A stretch of DNA of 64,000 bases from positions 6,072 through 70,071 of IMG/VR virus record IMGVR_UViG_3300048817_000078; one strand, 5' to 3'. Positions 53,500 through 62,754 of this stretch are shown here, piece by piece. A program made the position numbers and the translations under genes. Under the pieces are notes generated by a model that was not told the origin of the DNA, searched no databases, and saw only the letters and a list, made by a program, of their open reading frames with translations. Every line of letters starts with the position of its first letter. The stretch's first letter is position 1. Source of the stretch: a virus.

Positions 53500-55403
53500 T
53501 GGCGACAGCAGATTTCCTGAAGTTCCAGCAGTTCACCAAGGTTGAGGAAACCAAGGACGGTGCCGTCATCGTTTGGGGAATCGCCACCGAGCAAAAGCCG
53601 GACTTAGACGCCGAAGTCTGTGACTACGACACGGCGGTCCCGGTCTACAAACAGTGGTCCGACGCCGCGGCAAAGCGCACGAAGAAAGCCGGCCAGGAAG
53701 TCTCGCTGGGAAATGTCCGCTTGCAGCACTCGCTCGACATCGGCGGCAAAGCGACAAAGATCGAGTTTGATGACGACGAGAAGGCCATCTATCTCGGATC
53801 CGTTCCGCTGAACGACCAAATCAAAGAAGACCTCCGCTCGGGCTATTACACCGGCTACTCACAAGGCGGCTCTTACGCCTGGCGCAAGTGCTCCGACTGC
53901 GGCAAGGGCCTTCCGCTCCAGCAGGCGACGAACTGGTGCGGCGACTGCAAGAAGAACGTCACCGTTCTCTACGGCCTCAGGCGGCTGTCCGAAGTCAGCT
54001 ACGTTGACTCGCCCTGCAGCGGCGTCGGCTTCGAGTACGTGAAGTTCAATGGTTCCCGCGAGATAGTCAAATTCGCCAAACGAGGTAACGAAGAAATGAA
54101 CCTATCGCCCGCCCAGATTCAGGAGATTGCCGATGCGATCGCCAAGAAAGACGCCAAGACGAAGCGGGTTGCGGGGAAGGATCTCCATGCTTCCGACTTC
54201 GCGTATGTCGGGGATGAAAATGACACGTCGACCTGGAAGCTCCCCATCCACGATGCCTCGCACTGCCGTAATGCGCTCGCCCGGTTCAACCAAACCGAAG
54301 GCATCCCGGCAGGCGAGAAACCAAAGGTAAAGGCCAAGATTGTCGCGGCCGCGAAGCGGTTCGGTGTCGAGGTATCCGACGAAGGCGAGACGAAGGCCTA
54401 CCAGGATTTCATGGCGGCAATCAACAAGGCCGTTGAAGCCAAGGGTTTGAGCAAGGACCTCTATGACGTCTCCGAGCTCGCCAGGCTACTCAATAACCTC
54501 GCGTTCACCTATCAGAGTTCAGTCTTCGAGCGCGACATGGAGGGCGACGACTCAGATGTTCCCGACGAGCTAAAAGAGCTGCTCGAGGGAATGGTGGAAA
54601 CATTCATCCACATGGCCGAGGAAGAAGCGCGGGAACTCGCCGCAGCCGTGGATTCAAGTAAGGCAGCAAAACCTCAACCCGAAGGAGGGTCTATGACCCC
54701 TGAAGAGAAAGTAGCAGCTGAACAGGCCGCAGCGACGGCAGAGCTGGCGAAGAAGAAGGGCATGGCTTCTCACTTCGCCAAGAGCGCGGCCCATCACGAG
54801 AAGATGGCTGCGCACCACGAGAAAATGGCCGACCACCACGCAACCATGTGCGACGCCTGCAAAGCGGATGTCGGCGAGAAGGCTGACGTTGGCGATGAAA
54901 CCCGCAATGCCGCTGTCGCGAATGCCCCTTACTATAAGGCGGCCGGCGCGCACCACAAGGCGATGGGCGCAACCCACGAGAAGTGCGCGAAGGCCCACGG
55001 CGCCATGGCGGAGCACTGCCACGGAATGGCCGAGAGCCACGACGCCGAAGAGCACGCCAAGGTGAGCAAGGCCATCAAGGATGCCGATGCGGTGGAAGCC
55101 GCAAAGGAGCCGACGCCGGTGGTCAAGGCTGCTGCACCGCAAACGCTCGACGCCGATGTTGCTGCACAGGTCGAAGTGCACCGCGCATCGCCCGAGTACA
55201 AGCAGGCCATCAGCGACATTGCGAAACGCAAAGTCGAGGAAGAGGTCGCAGCCCTTCGCGAGAAGACGCTGGCACCAGACGGCGTCCACCTGGTGGCCGC
55301 CGCAACCGGTGCGGACGGCATTCGCATCGTCAAGCGCGATGGTGCAACGGACGGCTTCAAGTTCGCCTCGAATGAATCCACGGTTTCAAGCGCTGGCATC
55401 TAG
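53499..55403 (+). CDS. Prohead protease fused to an extended His-rich scaffold
   Basis: VWGIAT...D...LQH...GYSQGG protease motifs; directly upstream of the capsid gene. Confidence 0.8.
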   Translation: MATADFLKFQQFTKVEETKDGAVIVWGIATEQKPDLDAEVCDYDTAVPVYKQWSDAAAKRTKKAGQEVSLGNVRLQHSLDIGGKATKIEFDDDEKAIYLGSVPLNDQIKEDLRSGYYTGYSQGGSYAWRKCSDCGKGLPLQQATNWCGDCKKNVTVLYGLRRLSEVSYVDSPCSGVGFEYVKFNGSREIVKFAKRGNEEMNLSPAQIQEIADAIAKKDAKTKRVAGKDLHASDFAYVGDENDTSTWKLPIHDASHCRNALARFNQTEGIPAGEKPKVKAKIVAAAKRFGVEVSDEGETKAYQDFMAAINKAVEAKGLSKDLYDVSELARLLNNLAFTYQSSVFERDMEGDDSDVPDELKELLEGMVETFIHMAEEEARELAAAVDSSKAAKPQPEGGSMTPEEKVAAEQAAATAELAKKKGMASHFAKSAAHHEKMAAHHEKMADHHATMCDACKADVGEKADVGDETRNAAVANAPYYKAAGAHHKAMGATHEKCAKAHGAMAEHCHGMAESHDAEEHAKVSKAIKDADAVEAAKEPTPVVKAAAPQTLDADVAAQVEVHRASPEYKQAISDIAKRKVEEEVAALREKTLAPDGVHLVAAATGADGIRIVKRDGATDGFKFASNESTVSSAGI

Positions 55404-55455
55404 GCGCTAACCCACTCCCTGCCCTGGGGCCGGCCATAAACGGCCCCGCGTTCCG

Positions 55456-55511
55456 CCTTGTGCGGATAAACCCACCCAGCATCACCCCCGAAACAAAAGA
55501 GCCGCACAAGG
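55456..55511 (+). promoter_or_regulatory. 10-bp stem occluding the capsid Shine-Dalgarno
   Basis: CCTTGTGCGG (55456-55465) is the exact reverse complement of CCGCACAAGG (55502-55511), which overlaps AAGGAG. Confidence 0.5.
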
Positions 55512-55514
55512 AGA

Positions 55515-57317
55515 ATGTTTATGGACATGCGTGTCAGCTATGCAGGGCAGGGCTTCGATCCAACAGTAGAGAAGCTTTGCAAGCAAAATTCGGCGTACTT
55601 GACGAAATTCAAGGGAGCCGCAGCCAAGTCAAAGGATATGGCTTGGCTGCCCACCAACATCGACAAATTCAAGCGTGACACCTCGAAGCCGAGCAACTTC
55701 TTCGCGGCCATTAAAAAGGGCGTGGAGCAGGAATCGGAAGAGCGCCAGCGCACCGCCGAAGCCATCATGAAGCAGCTCGTCGCCGGAACTTACAACGGCG
55801 ACCTGGGCTTCCAGAAGGCCGGCGTCACGACCTCGCTCGGTTACAACTTCTACGACCTCCGCGGCCCGGCACTGTTGATCTATCCCGTCAACACGCCGTT
55901 CCGCAACCAGATTGCCCGCACAGGCGCTGTGAACGCCGGAACCGGCATCATGGCGAACTGGAAGTACACCTCCGCGGTCGGCTCGCAGTATGCGGGCGTC
56001 CCCGAAGGTCAACGCGCACAGCTCAGCGTGCCCAACGAGAACAACGCGGCCGCAACCTACAAGGCGCTCGGCGTTGAGCGCAACGTCACAGTAGAAGCAG
56101 AGTGGGCGGGCGAAGGGTTCACCGGGAACCTCTCAGACGAACACTTGCGCGGCCTGCAATCGCTATGGCTGCAAGAGGAAGGCATTCTCATCCTCGGCAA
56201 CGACGGCACCGGCTCTCTGGGCCAGAACGGGTTCGCACTTGGAACCGCGCCGGCTCCGGTCGCTGCGTTGGTTACCGGCGGCGCCGTCACCACGGCGACC
56301 CTGCTTACCGGCTATGTCGTGCTGCTTACCGCGCTCGGCAATCCGGTCAATGCGCAGTACGGCTATCAGGCAGCGCCAAGCGTGGCGGCCGGCCTCGTTC
56401 CGTCCTTCAGCTACAACGCTCCTGGAACCGGAACCGCGGTCACCTACACGGGCGGCATGTCGGCAGTCTCGGCGGCCTCTAACTCCGTCACCACAACCGG
56501 CAGCACGCTTGCGGCGAGCTTCACCGTGAGCCCGGCTGCTACCGTAGGCTCCGGCGGATATCCAAACGGCACCTTCGGGTTCGCGTGGTTTATTAGCAAG
56601 AACGCCTCGCCCACCACGGCGAATGCGTATCTGACGGCCATCACGCAATTCCCCACCTTCACCCTCTTGGTCAATCCTCCGACCTCGGGTCAACTGGCGA
56701 ATGCTACCGGGCTGAGCACCGACAACAGCGCGCAGGCAACAGACTTTACCGGTCTGTTGAGCTGGGCGGCTACCTACGGCTATTGGAAGGATCTGGCCGG
56801 CGGAACGTTGACCGGCGCACAAGGCGGCCAATGCACTCAGGTTGAAGCCGCGCTCGAATACTTCTTCACGAAGTACCAGGCCGGCGTCGACGGCATTTGG
56901 GGGTCCGCAGACGCAATCAAGTCCTTCAGCGACACAATTCTCGCGAATGGCGGCCAAACCGCCAGCGGGTACACGGTCTACATGACCCGAGACAACCAGA
57001 ACAACATCATCGGCGGCATGATCGTCTCGGGCTATACGAGCCGTTATGCCGTGGATTCTCCGATGGGCGCGAACGTGATCCCGTTGAAGATCCATCCCAT
57101 GATCCCGCCCGGGACGCTGTATTTCGACATCTCGAAGAACCCTTATCCGACCAGCCGCATTCCGGCAACGCGGGAAGTCTTCCTGATGCGCGATTACTAC
57201 GGGTATGAGTGGCCGGCAATCCAACGCGCATGGAGCTTCGGCACCTACGCGAACGAGACCCTGGCTCATTACACACCATGGTTGACTGGGGTTATCACCG
57301 GCATCGGCACCAGTTAG
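55515..57317 (+). CDS. Major capsid protein (HK97 fold) with a large internal insertion
   Basis: 600 aa after the protease; YDLRGPALLIYPVNTPFRN; C-terminal HPMIPPGT...DYY..EW...YA.ETLAHY. Confidence 0.85.
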   Translation: MFMDMRVSYAGQGFDPTVEKLCKQNSAYLTKFKGAAAKSKDMAWLPTNIDKFKRDTSKPSNFFAAIKKGVEQESEERQRTAEAIMKQLVAGTYNGDLGFQKAGVTTSLGYNFYDLRGPALLIYPVNTPFRNQIARTGAVNAGTGIMANWKYTSAVGSQYAGVPEGQRAQLSVPNENNAAATYKALGVERNVTVEAEWAGEGFTGNLSDEHLRGLQSLWLQEEGILILGNDGTGSLGQNGFALGTAPAPVAALVTGGAVTTATLLTGYVVLLTALGNPVNAQYGYQAAPSVAAGLVPSFSYNAPGTGTAVTYTGGMSAVSAASNSVTTTGSTLAASFTVSPAATVGSGGYPNGTFGFAWFISKNASPTTANAYLTAITQFPTFTLLVNPPTSGQLANATGLSTDNSAQATDFTGLLSWAATYGYWKDLAGGTLTGAQGGQCTQVEAALEYFFTKYQAGVDGIWGSADAIKSFSDTILANGGQTASGYTVYMTRDNQNNIIGGMIVSGYTSRYAVDSPMGANVIPLKIHPMIPPGTLYFDISKNPYPTSRIPATREVFLMRDYYGYEWPAIQRAWSFGTYANETLAHYTPWLTGVITGIGTS

Positions 57318-57325
57318 TTCGGCCT

Positions 57326-57358
57326 GGGGCTTCGTCTCAACGGGGAGCCCCACTTTTT
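57326..57358 (+). terminator. Intrinsic terminator after the capsid gene
   Basis: GGGGCTTC...GGAGCCCC followed by ACTTTTT. Confidence 0.7.
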
Positions 57359-57644
57359 CACCAAAAGCTGACGCGTGGTTTATGGATCACGCGTCTTCCC
57401 GCGGCGCGTCGACTTGCCCAGGCCGGCGCGCATGGGAATCCTCAGAGCAGGTAAATCGCAAGGGCAGCTAACGCCAATCCGGCTGCGGCGCTTACCAAAA
57501 GAAGCGTTACCCAGAATGAGATCGGAAACGGCTCGTCGTTATCCATGGCCAGAATTATAGATGCAGCAAACCGGAGGCCTCGCCATGACGCTAAAGCCGA
57601 TCATGACGTCAGTTGTCTTTTCGCAACGCGGGCTGGTGCACTAA

Positions 57645-58766
57645 ATGCCGCCGAGTCCGATAGACCTCTGTACCTTGCAGCAAGTGCGTTCATGGATGCC
57701 CGGCGTTCCCGCACCCGACAACACGTCGACCGACACGGTAATCCAGGCGGCCATCACCGCCGCATCGCTCGACATGCTTCGCCGCACTGGCCGCGGTCCG
57801 CGCGATTGGCAAGTCCCGGCAACGTCGCCCTATAACCAACCGGTTCAGTACACCGAGACCTACGACGGCACGGGCACGCCGCGGATGTTTCTGCGCAACT
57901 GGCCGATTATCTCGGTCTCAAGTCTGACAGTGTTCGGGAGCAACGTTCAGGCCTCGACTTCGCAAGCCTCGCCCGGCTACGTCATCGACGGCACAGCCAA
58001 GAGCATTTCGCTCATAAGCCCGTTTAGCGGGCCCGGAAACTGGTCAGGCAGCTACTACGGTACCGGACGCTGGCCGGCCTTCGGTCTGGGCATCCTGGCG
58101 CGATTCCCGGTGGGCGTGCAGAACATCACCATCACGTATCTGGCGGGGTTCAATTCGCTGCCCGTCACCGAACTGCAGACCATTCCGACGCTGCCGAGTG
58201 CGTGGATAACCGCGACGGCCTACTCGAACGGCTCGCAGGTATTCGACGGCATTTACATTCAGACCGCCAGCCTCAAGGGCGGAGTAAGCAGCGGCATTTC
58301 GGGCGCATCGGTACCGCCGTTCAACCAATCGCCTGGCGGCATAGTTACGGACGGCCAGAACATCATCTGGACAAACAGCGGCTATCCGTACACGGTGAAC
58401 GCAAGCGTTCTGCCGTGGCTGGCGGATGGCGGCGTGACTTACTTCTCGACCGGCAACCCATTTGTGCCGGTCAATACGGCCCCAATCATCGGGCAGTATT
58501 TCATTCAGAACCCGGGCTCGTATCTGTTCAGTTCGTCCGATGCGGAACAGAAGATCCTCATGGCCTACACCGCAGCCGGGACGCCAGCGGATATCCAGCT
58601 TGCCGTGACGAAGATGGTCTATCTCACGTACAAGCGCCGCGGCTGGGAAGGCTTGCGATCGACCTCGCAGAAGGATGTCGGCCAGACCAATTACTCGGCG
58701 TGGGAAGTCGACCCCACGGTTTTGCAGGTCATTGAGAACTACCGCAGAAGGGCACTGACAGGATGA
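57645..58766 (+). CDS. Head-tail connector (gp6-like) with an inserted CBM-like module
   Basis: DLCTLQQVR N-terminus; YTETYDG...LRNWPIISV; YTAAGTPADIQLAV...YRR C-terminus. Confidence 0.75.
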   Translation: MPPSPIDLCTLQQVRSWMPGVPAPDNTSTDTVIQAAITAASLDMLRRTGRGPRDWQVPATSPYNQPVQYTETYDGTGTPRMFLRNWPIISVSSLTVFGSNVQASTSQASPGYVIDGTAKSISLISPFSGPGNWSGSYYGTGRWPAFGLGILARFPVGVQNITITYLAGFNSLPVTELQTIPTLPSAWITATAYSNGSQVFDGIYIQTASLKGGVSSGISGASVPPFNQSPGGIVTDGQNIIWTNSGYPYTVNASVLPWLADGGVTYFSTGNPFVPVNTAPIIGQYFIQNPGSYLFSSSDAEQKILMAYTAAGTPADIQLAVTKMVYLTYKRRGWEGLRSTSQKDVGQTNYSAWEVDPTVLQVIENYRRRALTG

Positions 58767-58911
58767 CGACGCTGCATATCCTCGGTCTGACTGCTCTCAT
58801 CCTGAGCATTGGCCTGTGTGCTGATTCGCTGGCGATATGGTTCCTCATTCGAAGAGTGCGCGAACTCGAAGCCCGCATGGACTGCAGGTGGGAGCCATAG
58901 GGAGGAACCAC

Positions 58912-59259
58912 ATGAAAACAAAAGAAAAATCGAAGAGTAGGATCGCCAAACTTGAGCAGGAAATCGAGAAGTACCGCCTTGCCATTGCTTCCCAGCTTTA
59001 TGGCAACTCTGGTGGGTGTGTGGCACAACTACGAGCGACTGCAGCCGAGTTTGGCATAAACAAAGAAATGGGGACTTCAGATTACGGCGGCGATCCACGC
59101 GGGCGGCATCCAGAAAAATGGGCCAAGATAAGGCGTCTTCAGGAAGAGATGGCCGAAATCAATGCTCGATTCAGCGAGGAAGCGCAGAGGGAAGTTGCGA
59201 GAGTTCAGGCCAAGATCAACAAAATATGGCAGGAAATGCAGTGCAAAGCGGTGGCCTAG
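58912..59259 (+). CDS. Coiled-coil hypothetical protein
   Basis: GGAGG RBS; abuts the next gene. Confidence 0.5.
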   Translation: MKTKEKSKSRIAKLEQEIEKYRLAIASQLYGNSGGCVAQLRATAAEFGINKEMGTSDYGGDPRGRHPEKWAKIRRLQEEMAEINARFSEEAQREVARVQAKINKIWQEMQCKAVA

Positions 59260-59739
59260 ATGGGCACCGTCTCTTTCACCGTCGACACAACCGGCGTCGA
59301 GGCTGCACTGCAAGGCCGGGCCGACCGCATCATCCAGTCGCTCATCCGACGCACGACCGCGATCAACGAATCCCTTCAGGCGAAGATCACCGGCGAGAAG
59401 CTATCCGGCCAGGTGCTGCATCAGCGCACCGGCAAGCTCATCGGCAGCGTGCGAACCATCCCGGTAACGAATGACGGCAGCACCATCGCGGGTGGCGTGC
59501 AGGCTGGCGGGGGGCCGGCCTACTATGCAAAGTTCCAAAATTACGGCACGGCGGGCCCATACGAGATTCGCCCGAAGGATCCCAAGGGTGTGCTGGCCTT
59601 CATGGTCGACGGCAAGATGGCATTTGCGAAGGTGGTCAGACATCCAGGGCTGCCGGCGCGCAACTTCATGGAGTCGACGCTTGAAGAGAGCCGCGCGGGC
59701 ATCGTGGCGGCGCTTCAGGAGGCGGTTGACGAGGCGTAG
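59260..59739 (+). CDS. HK97 gp10-like neck/tail completion protein
   Basis: RTGKLIGS...YYAKFQNYGT...HPG.PARNFM. Confidence 0.8.
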   Translation: MGTVSFTVDTTGVEAALQGRADRIIQSLIRRTTAINESLQAKITGEKLSGQVLHQRTGKLIGSVRTIPVTNDGSTIAGGVQAGGGPAYYAKFQNYGTAGPYEIRPKDPKGVLAFMVDGKMAFAKVVRHPGLPARNFMESTLEESRAGIVAALQEAVDEA

Positions 59740-59954
59740 ATGCCGATTAAGACTGTCTTCGGAGTCCATCCCACAGCACCGCACTCGTCGCTCGTCGAGG
59801 TAATGGACCACGCCCCGCGGGGCAAAGGCAACGGCAAAGGTTACCGTAGTGAATACCCTCAACCCGCGGCGGAAACAAAATTCTGTAGCCGCGGCAAGCA
59901 TTGCTACTGCTTTAGCTTGCGCTGCAACTGTTACTGCCACGGGGGCAACAGGAA

Positions 59955-60416
59955 ATGACCCGTTACCCCCGCGAGGAAATCTTCGCCGCGCTCTTCGCCC
60001 AGGCCCAACTCGCCAGTACGGCCACGACGCCGTTCGCGGTTCTGTCGCGCCGCTACGTGCCGTTCTCGGAGCGCACTAACCTCGAAGCCGCGGAACTCTA
60101 CCAGGTCGAGCTGAATCAGAGCGGAAAACAAACGGGGCACTTCGGCCTGACCAAATGGGACATGAAAGCGCTTTGGGTTTGCTATTTCCCCGTAAACACG
60201 GACGACCTGAAAACGCCGACGTCGCCAACATTGAACAACTATCTCGACGCGCTCGAAGCCGCGTTGCAGCCGGTCACGGGTGCAGGCCCGAAGCAAACAC
60301 TCGGCGGCCTGGTCAATAACGCCTTCATTGACGGCGAAGTAATCATCGATGAAGGCCTGAACAGCGGACCGCCCGCACTTATCTCAATCCCAATCACCAT
60401 CAACGTAGGTATGTGA
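59955..60416 (+). CDS. Tail terminator protein
   Basis: REEIFAALF N-terminus; LDALEAAL...TLGGLV; position before the tail tube gene. Confidence 0.7.
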   Translation: MTRYPREEIFAALFAQAQLASTATTPFAVLSRRYVPFSERTNLEAAELYQVELNQSGKQTGHFGLTKWDMKALWVCYFPVNTDDLKTPTSPTLNNYLDALEAALQPVTGAGPKQTLGGLVNNAFIDGEVIIDEGLNSGPPALISIPITINVGM

Positions 60417-60433
60417 AATTTAGGAGTAACCGC

Positions 60434-60625
60434 ATGCTGCAGTTTCCACACGAACAAATCGCATACGTCGCTTACATGCTCTGGCTCGCAGAAACCGAGA
60501 TAGGCACTGTCGAGGACGCCGAAACCAACTGGTACAAAGCGGAAGAGCTCCTTCGTGCCGAAGCGGAGGAGGGCGCCGCAGTAGTGGAACAGGTAGCCGG
60601 CATCGAGGCAACCCCCGCAATCTAA
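60434..60625 (+). CDS. DUF2934-like small protein
   Basis: HEQIAYVAYMLW...NWYKAEELL; AGGAG RBS. Confidence 0.7.
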   Translation: MLQFPHEQIAYVAYMLWLAETEIGTVEDAETNWYKAEELLRAEAEEGAAVVEQVAGIEATPAI

Positions 60626-60728
60626 ATCGTTCTGTCAAACCGCGCGGAATTTTATTAGCAATGGGCACTAATAAGATTCCGCGCTTTCGCCACATCACCC
60701 GACAAAAACTTCACAAGGAGTCACGCCC

Positions 60729-61493
60729 ATGGCACTCTACCCCGGTCTAGGCTTTGGCGCGGGCCAGCTGCTCGCAGCCCCTCAAGCTACCTCTGGCAAT
60801 CCCGCCCCAAACCCCACGCCGCTGCAGATTGGCGCCGTGCAGAACGTAAAATGCACCTTCGGCGGAGATATCAAGGAGCTGTACAGCCAGAACCAGTGGG
60901 CCATCGACTCCGCAGTGGGCAAGCGTTCGATCAAGGGCAGCTTTGAGTTTGCCCAGATGTCGAACGAGTTCTTCTCGCAAATGTTCTTTGCCGATGCGGT
61001 CACTGTCGGATCAGTTGAGACGGCCATCAACGAGCCGCACACGATTCCCGCCACGCCCTTCTCCGTAACCACAAACAACGCGGCGCACTTCACGCTCGAC
61101 CTCGGCGTAACATACGCAGCGAGCGGAATACCGCTTCAGAACGTCGAAACGTTGACCGGGGGCGGCCAGTACACCTATGTTGAGTCCACCGGAGTTTATA
61201 CGTTCGACGCGGCCGATACGCTCGTGCTGGTGCTCATCAATTACATGTACTCGAACTCGACGCTTGGCACGAGCATGGTTGCCGGCAATCATCCGATGGG
61301 CTGGGGCCCGGTCATGCAACTGGATGTCGTGTTCCCGTACGAAGGCGGCGGGATTGGATTCTTGTTTCCGAATGTGCGGTTGGGCAAGATCGACCTGACG
61401 ACGAAGCTCGATGATTATTTAATGATGCAAACTGACTTCCAAGCCTTTGTAGGTTCTGGAACGAGCCCGTTTACCTCATACCAAGCGTTCTAA
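60729..61493 (+). CDS. Major tail tube protein
   Basis: AAGGAG RBS; IGAVQNVKCTFGGDIKELY...; precedes the chaperone and tape measure. Confidence 0.8.
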   Translation: MALYPGLGFGAGQLLAAPQATSGNPAPNPTPLQIGAVQNVKCTFGGDIKELYSQNQWAIDSAVGKRSIKGSFEFAQMSNEFFSQMFFADAVTVGSVETAINEPHTIPATPFSVTTNNAAHFTLDLGVTYAASGIPLQNVETLTGGGQYTYVESTGVYTFDAADTLVLVLINYMYSNSTLGTSMVAGNHPMGWGPVMQLDVVFPYEGGGIGFLFPNVRLGKIDLTTKLDDYLMMQTDFQAFVGSGTSPFTSYQAF

Positions 61494-61562
61494 AGTATAG
61501 CCTGACTTACTAAGTCGAGTTACAATGGAGGCTGAGTTACAACGCCGTTGGAGCGGCATCGC

Positions 61563-62099
61563 ATGACCCTGATTCAGCAGGATTCTCAGCCCCCACTCCC
61601 ATTCTATCGCTTCATCAAACTAACCAAAGGCCAGTACGCGCTGGTCGATGAGAAAGACTATAAGCGCGTTGCCCGACACAAGTGGTGTGCGCAATGGGCA
61701 CCCCGCAAAAACGGCGGTGGCGTTTACTATGCCGTCCGCCATGTAAGGTTGGTACCCGGTGGGAAGCAACACCGGATCAGCATGCACCGCTTCATCATGA
61801 ACGCACCGGACGGGCTCGACGTAGACCACATCCGGCCCATGGACACCCTGGACAATCGCCGCTCTAATCTCCGCTTGGCCACAGAATCGCAGAACGCAAT
61901 GAACCGCAGAATTCAGTCCAATAGCGAGACTGGCTGTAAGGGTGTTTCGCGCACCGCCAAAAGCGGCAACTACAGAGCGCGCATAACCATAAACGGCGAG
62001 GTGATTTGTCTCGGCACCCGTAAAACGAAGAAAGCGGCGTCCGCGCTTTACTGGGAGGCCGCTCTCAAGTATCACGGCGAGTTCGCAAGACTCGCCTAA
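61563..62099 (+). CDS. HNH-AP2 homing endonuclease
   Basis: ALVDEKD...MHR.IM...VDHI...LDNRRSNLRLAT.SQN...GCKGVS...YRARI...LG. Confidence 0.9.
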   Translation: MTLIQQDSQPPLPFYRFIKLTKGQYALVDEKDYKRVARHKWCAQWAPRKNGGGVYYAVRHVRLVPGGKQHRISMHRFIMNAPDGLDVDHIRPMDTLDNRRSNLRLATESQNAMNRRIQSNSETGCKGVSRTAKSGNYRARITINGEVICLGTRKTKKAASALYWEAALKYHGEFARLA

Positions 62100-62116
62100 C
62101 CCGAAAGGAAAATATC

Positions 62117-62440
62117 GTGGAACCCGAAACAAAAACCATCACCATAAACGGCAAGGATTACACCCTCGGCGTCATCAAAACGGGCCTGGGCCGCAAACTC
62201 CAGGCTCACGCGAAGGGCGACTCGTCCGAATTCAGCGTCGCCTTTCTCGCTGCATCCCTCAACGCCGGCGGCCACAAGGACGCGACGATTGAATGGGTGG
62301 ACGATAACATCCCCTTCTACGGAGCATTTAACGAGCTTTGGGCTGCAGCACTTGAGCTCAACGGTATGAAGAAACCAACGGGGGACGCTCGGCCGGAGCC
62401 CGGGCCGGCATCGACTTCGCCTACCACTACGCTTCAGTAG
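62117..62440 (+). CDS. Tail assembly chaperone (G)
   Basis: AAGGA RBS; position between tail tube and tape measure; slippery GGGGGAC near the 3' end. Confidence 0.75.
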   Translation: MEPETKTITINGKDYTLGVIKTGLGRKLQAHAKGDSSEFSVAFLAASLNAGGHKDATIEWVDDNIPFYGAFNELWAAALELNGMKKPTGDARPEPGPASTSPTTTLQ

Positions 62441-62754
62441 CACGCTATTTCCACTTCTCCTTCTCGCAGATTGACGACCTTTACCTAACCGAACTCTGGG
62501 ATCTGCAAGAGGACCTCGCCCAGCATCCGCCCGCCGACTGGCTTATCGCCGGATACCTCGGTTACAAAGCACCAGGCAGCAAGTCCCGCAATGCCCGTGA
62601 AGCCGCGCAAGCCAACAGCGCCGTACTCGGCGACATGGGCAAGAGCGGCGTCAAGCTGCAACGCAAGAACCTGCTCCAAATGCCCGCCTATCTCCGTTCC
62701 CCGGAAAAGCTCGCCATGATCGAGAAAATGAAGGCTGAATGGCAGACGAAATAA
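62380..62754 (+). CDS. -1 frame extension of the tail chaperone (G-T)
   Basis: The -1 frame is open from GGGGGAC (62380-62386) to TAA 62752-62754, has no own start, and overlaps the tape-measure ATG. Confidence 0.7.
   Translation, partial: GGRSAGARAGIDFAYHYASVARYFHFSFSQIDDLYLTELWDLQEDLAQHPPADWLIAGYLGYKAPGSKSRNAREAAQANSAVLGDMGKSGVKLQRKNLLQMPAYLRSPEKLAMIEKMKAEWQTK

Noticed and set aside
48132-57353. Long antisense ORFs over portal, scaffold and capsid (342, 218, 211, 396 aa)
   Set aside because: Shadow frames of GC3-biased structural genes.
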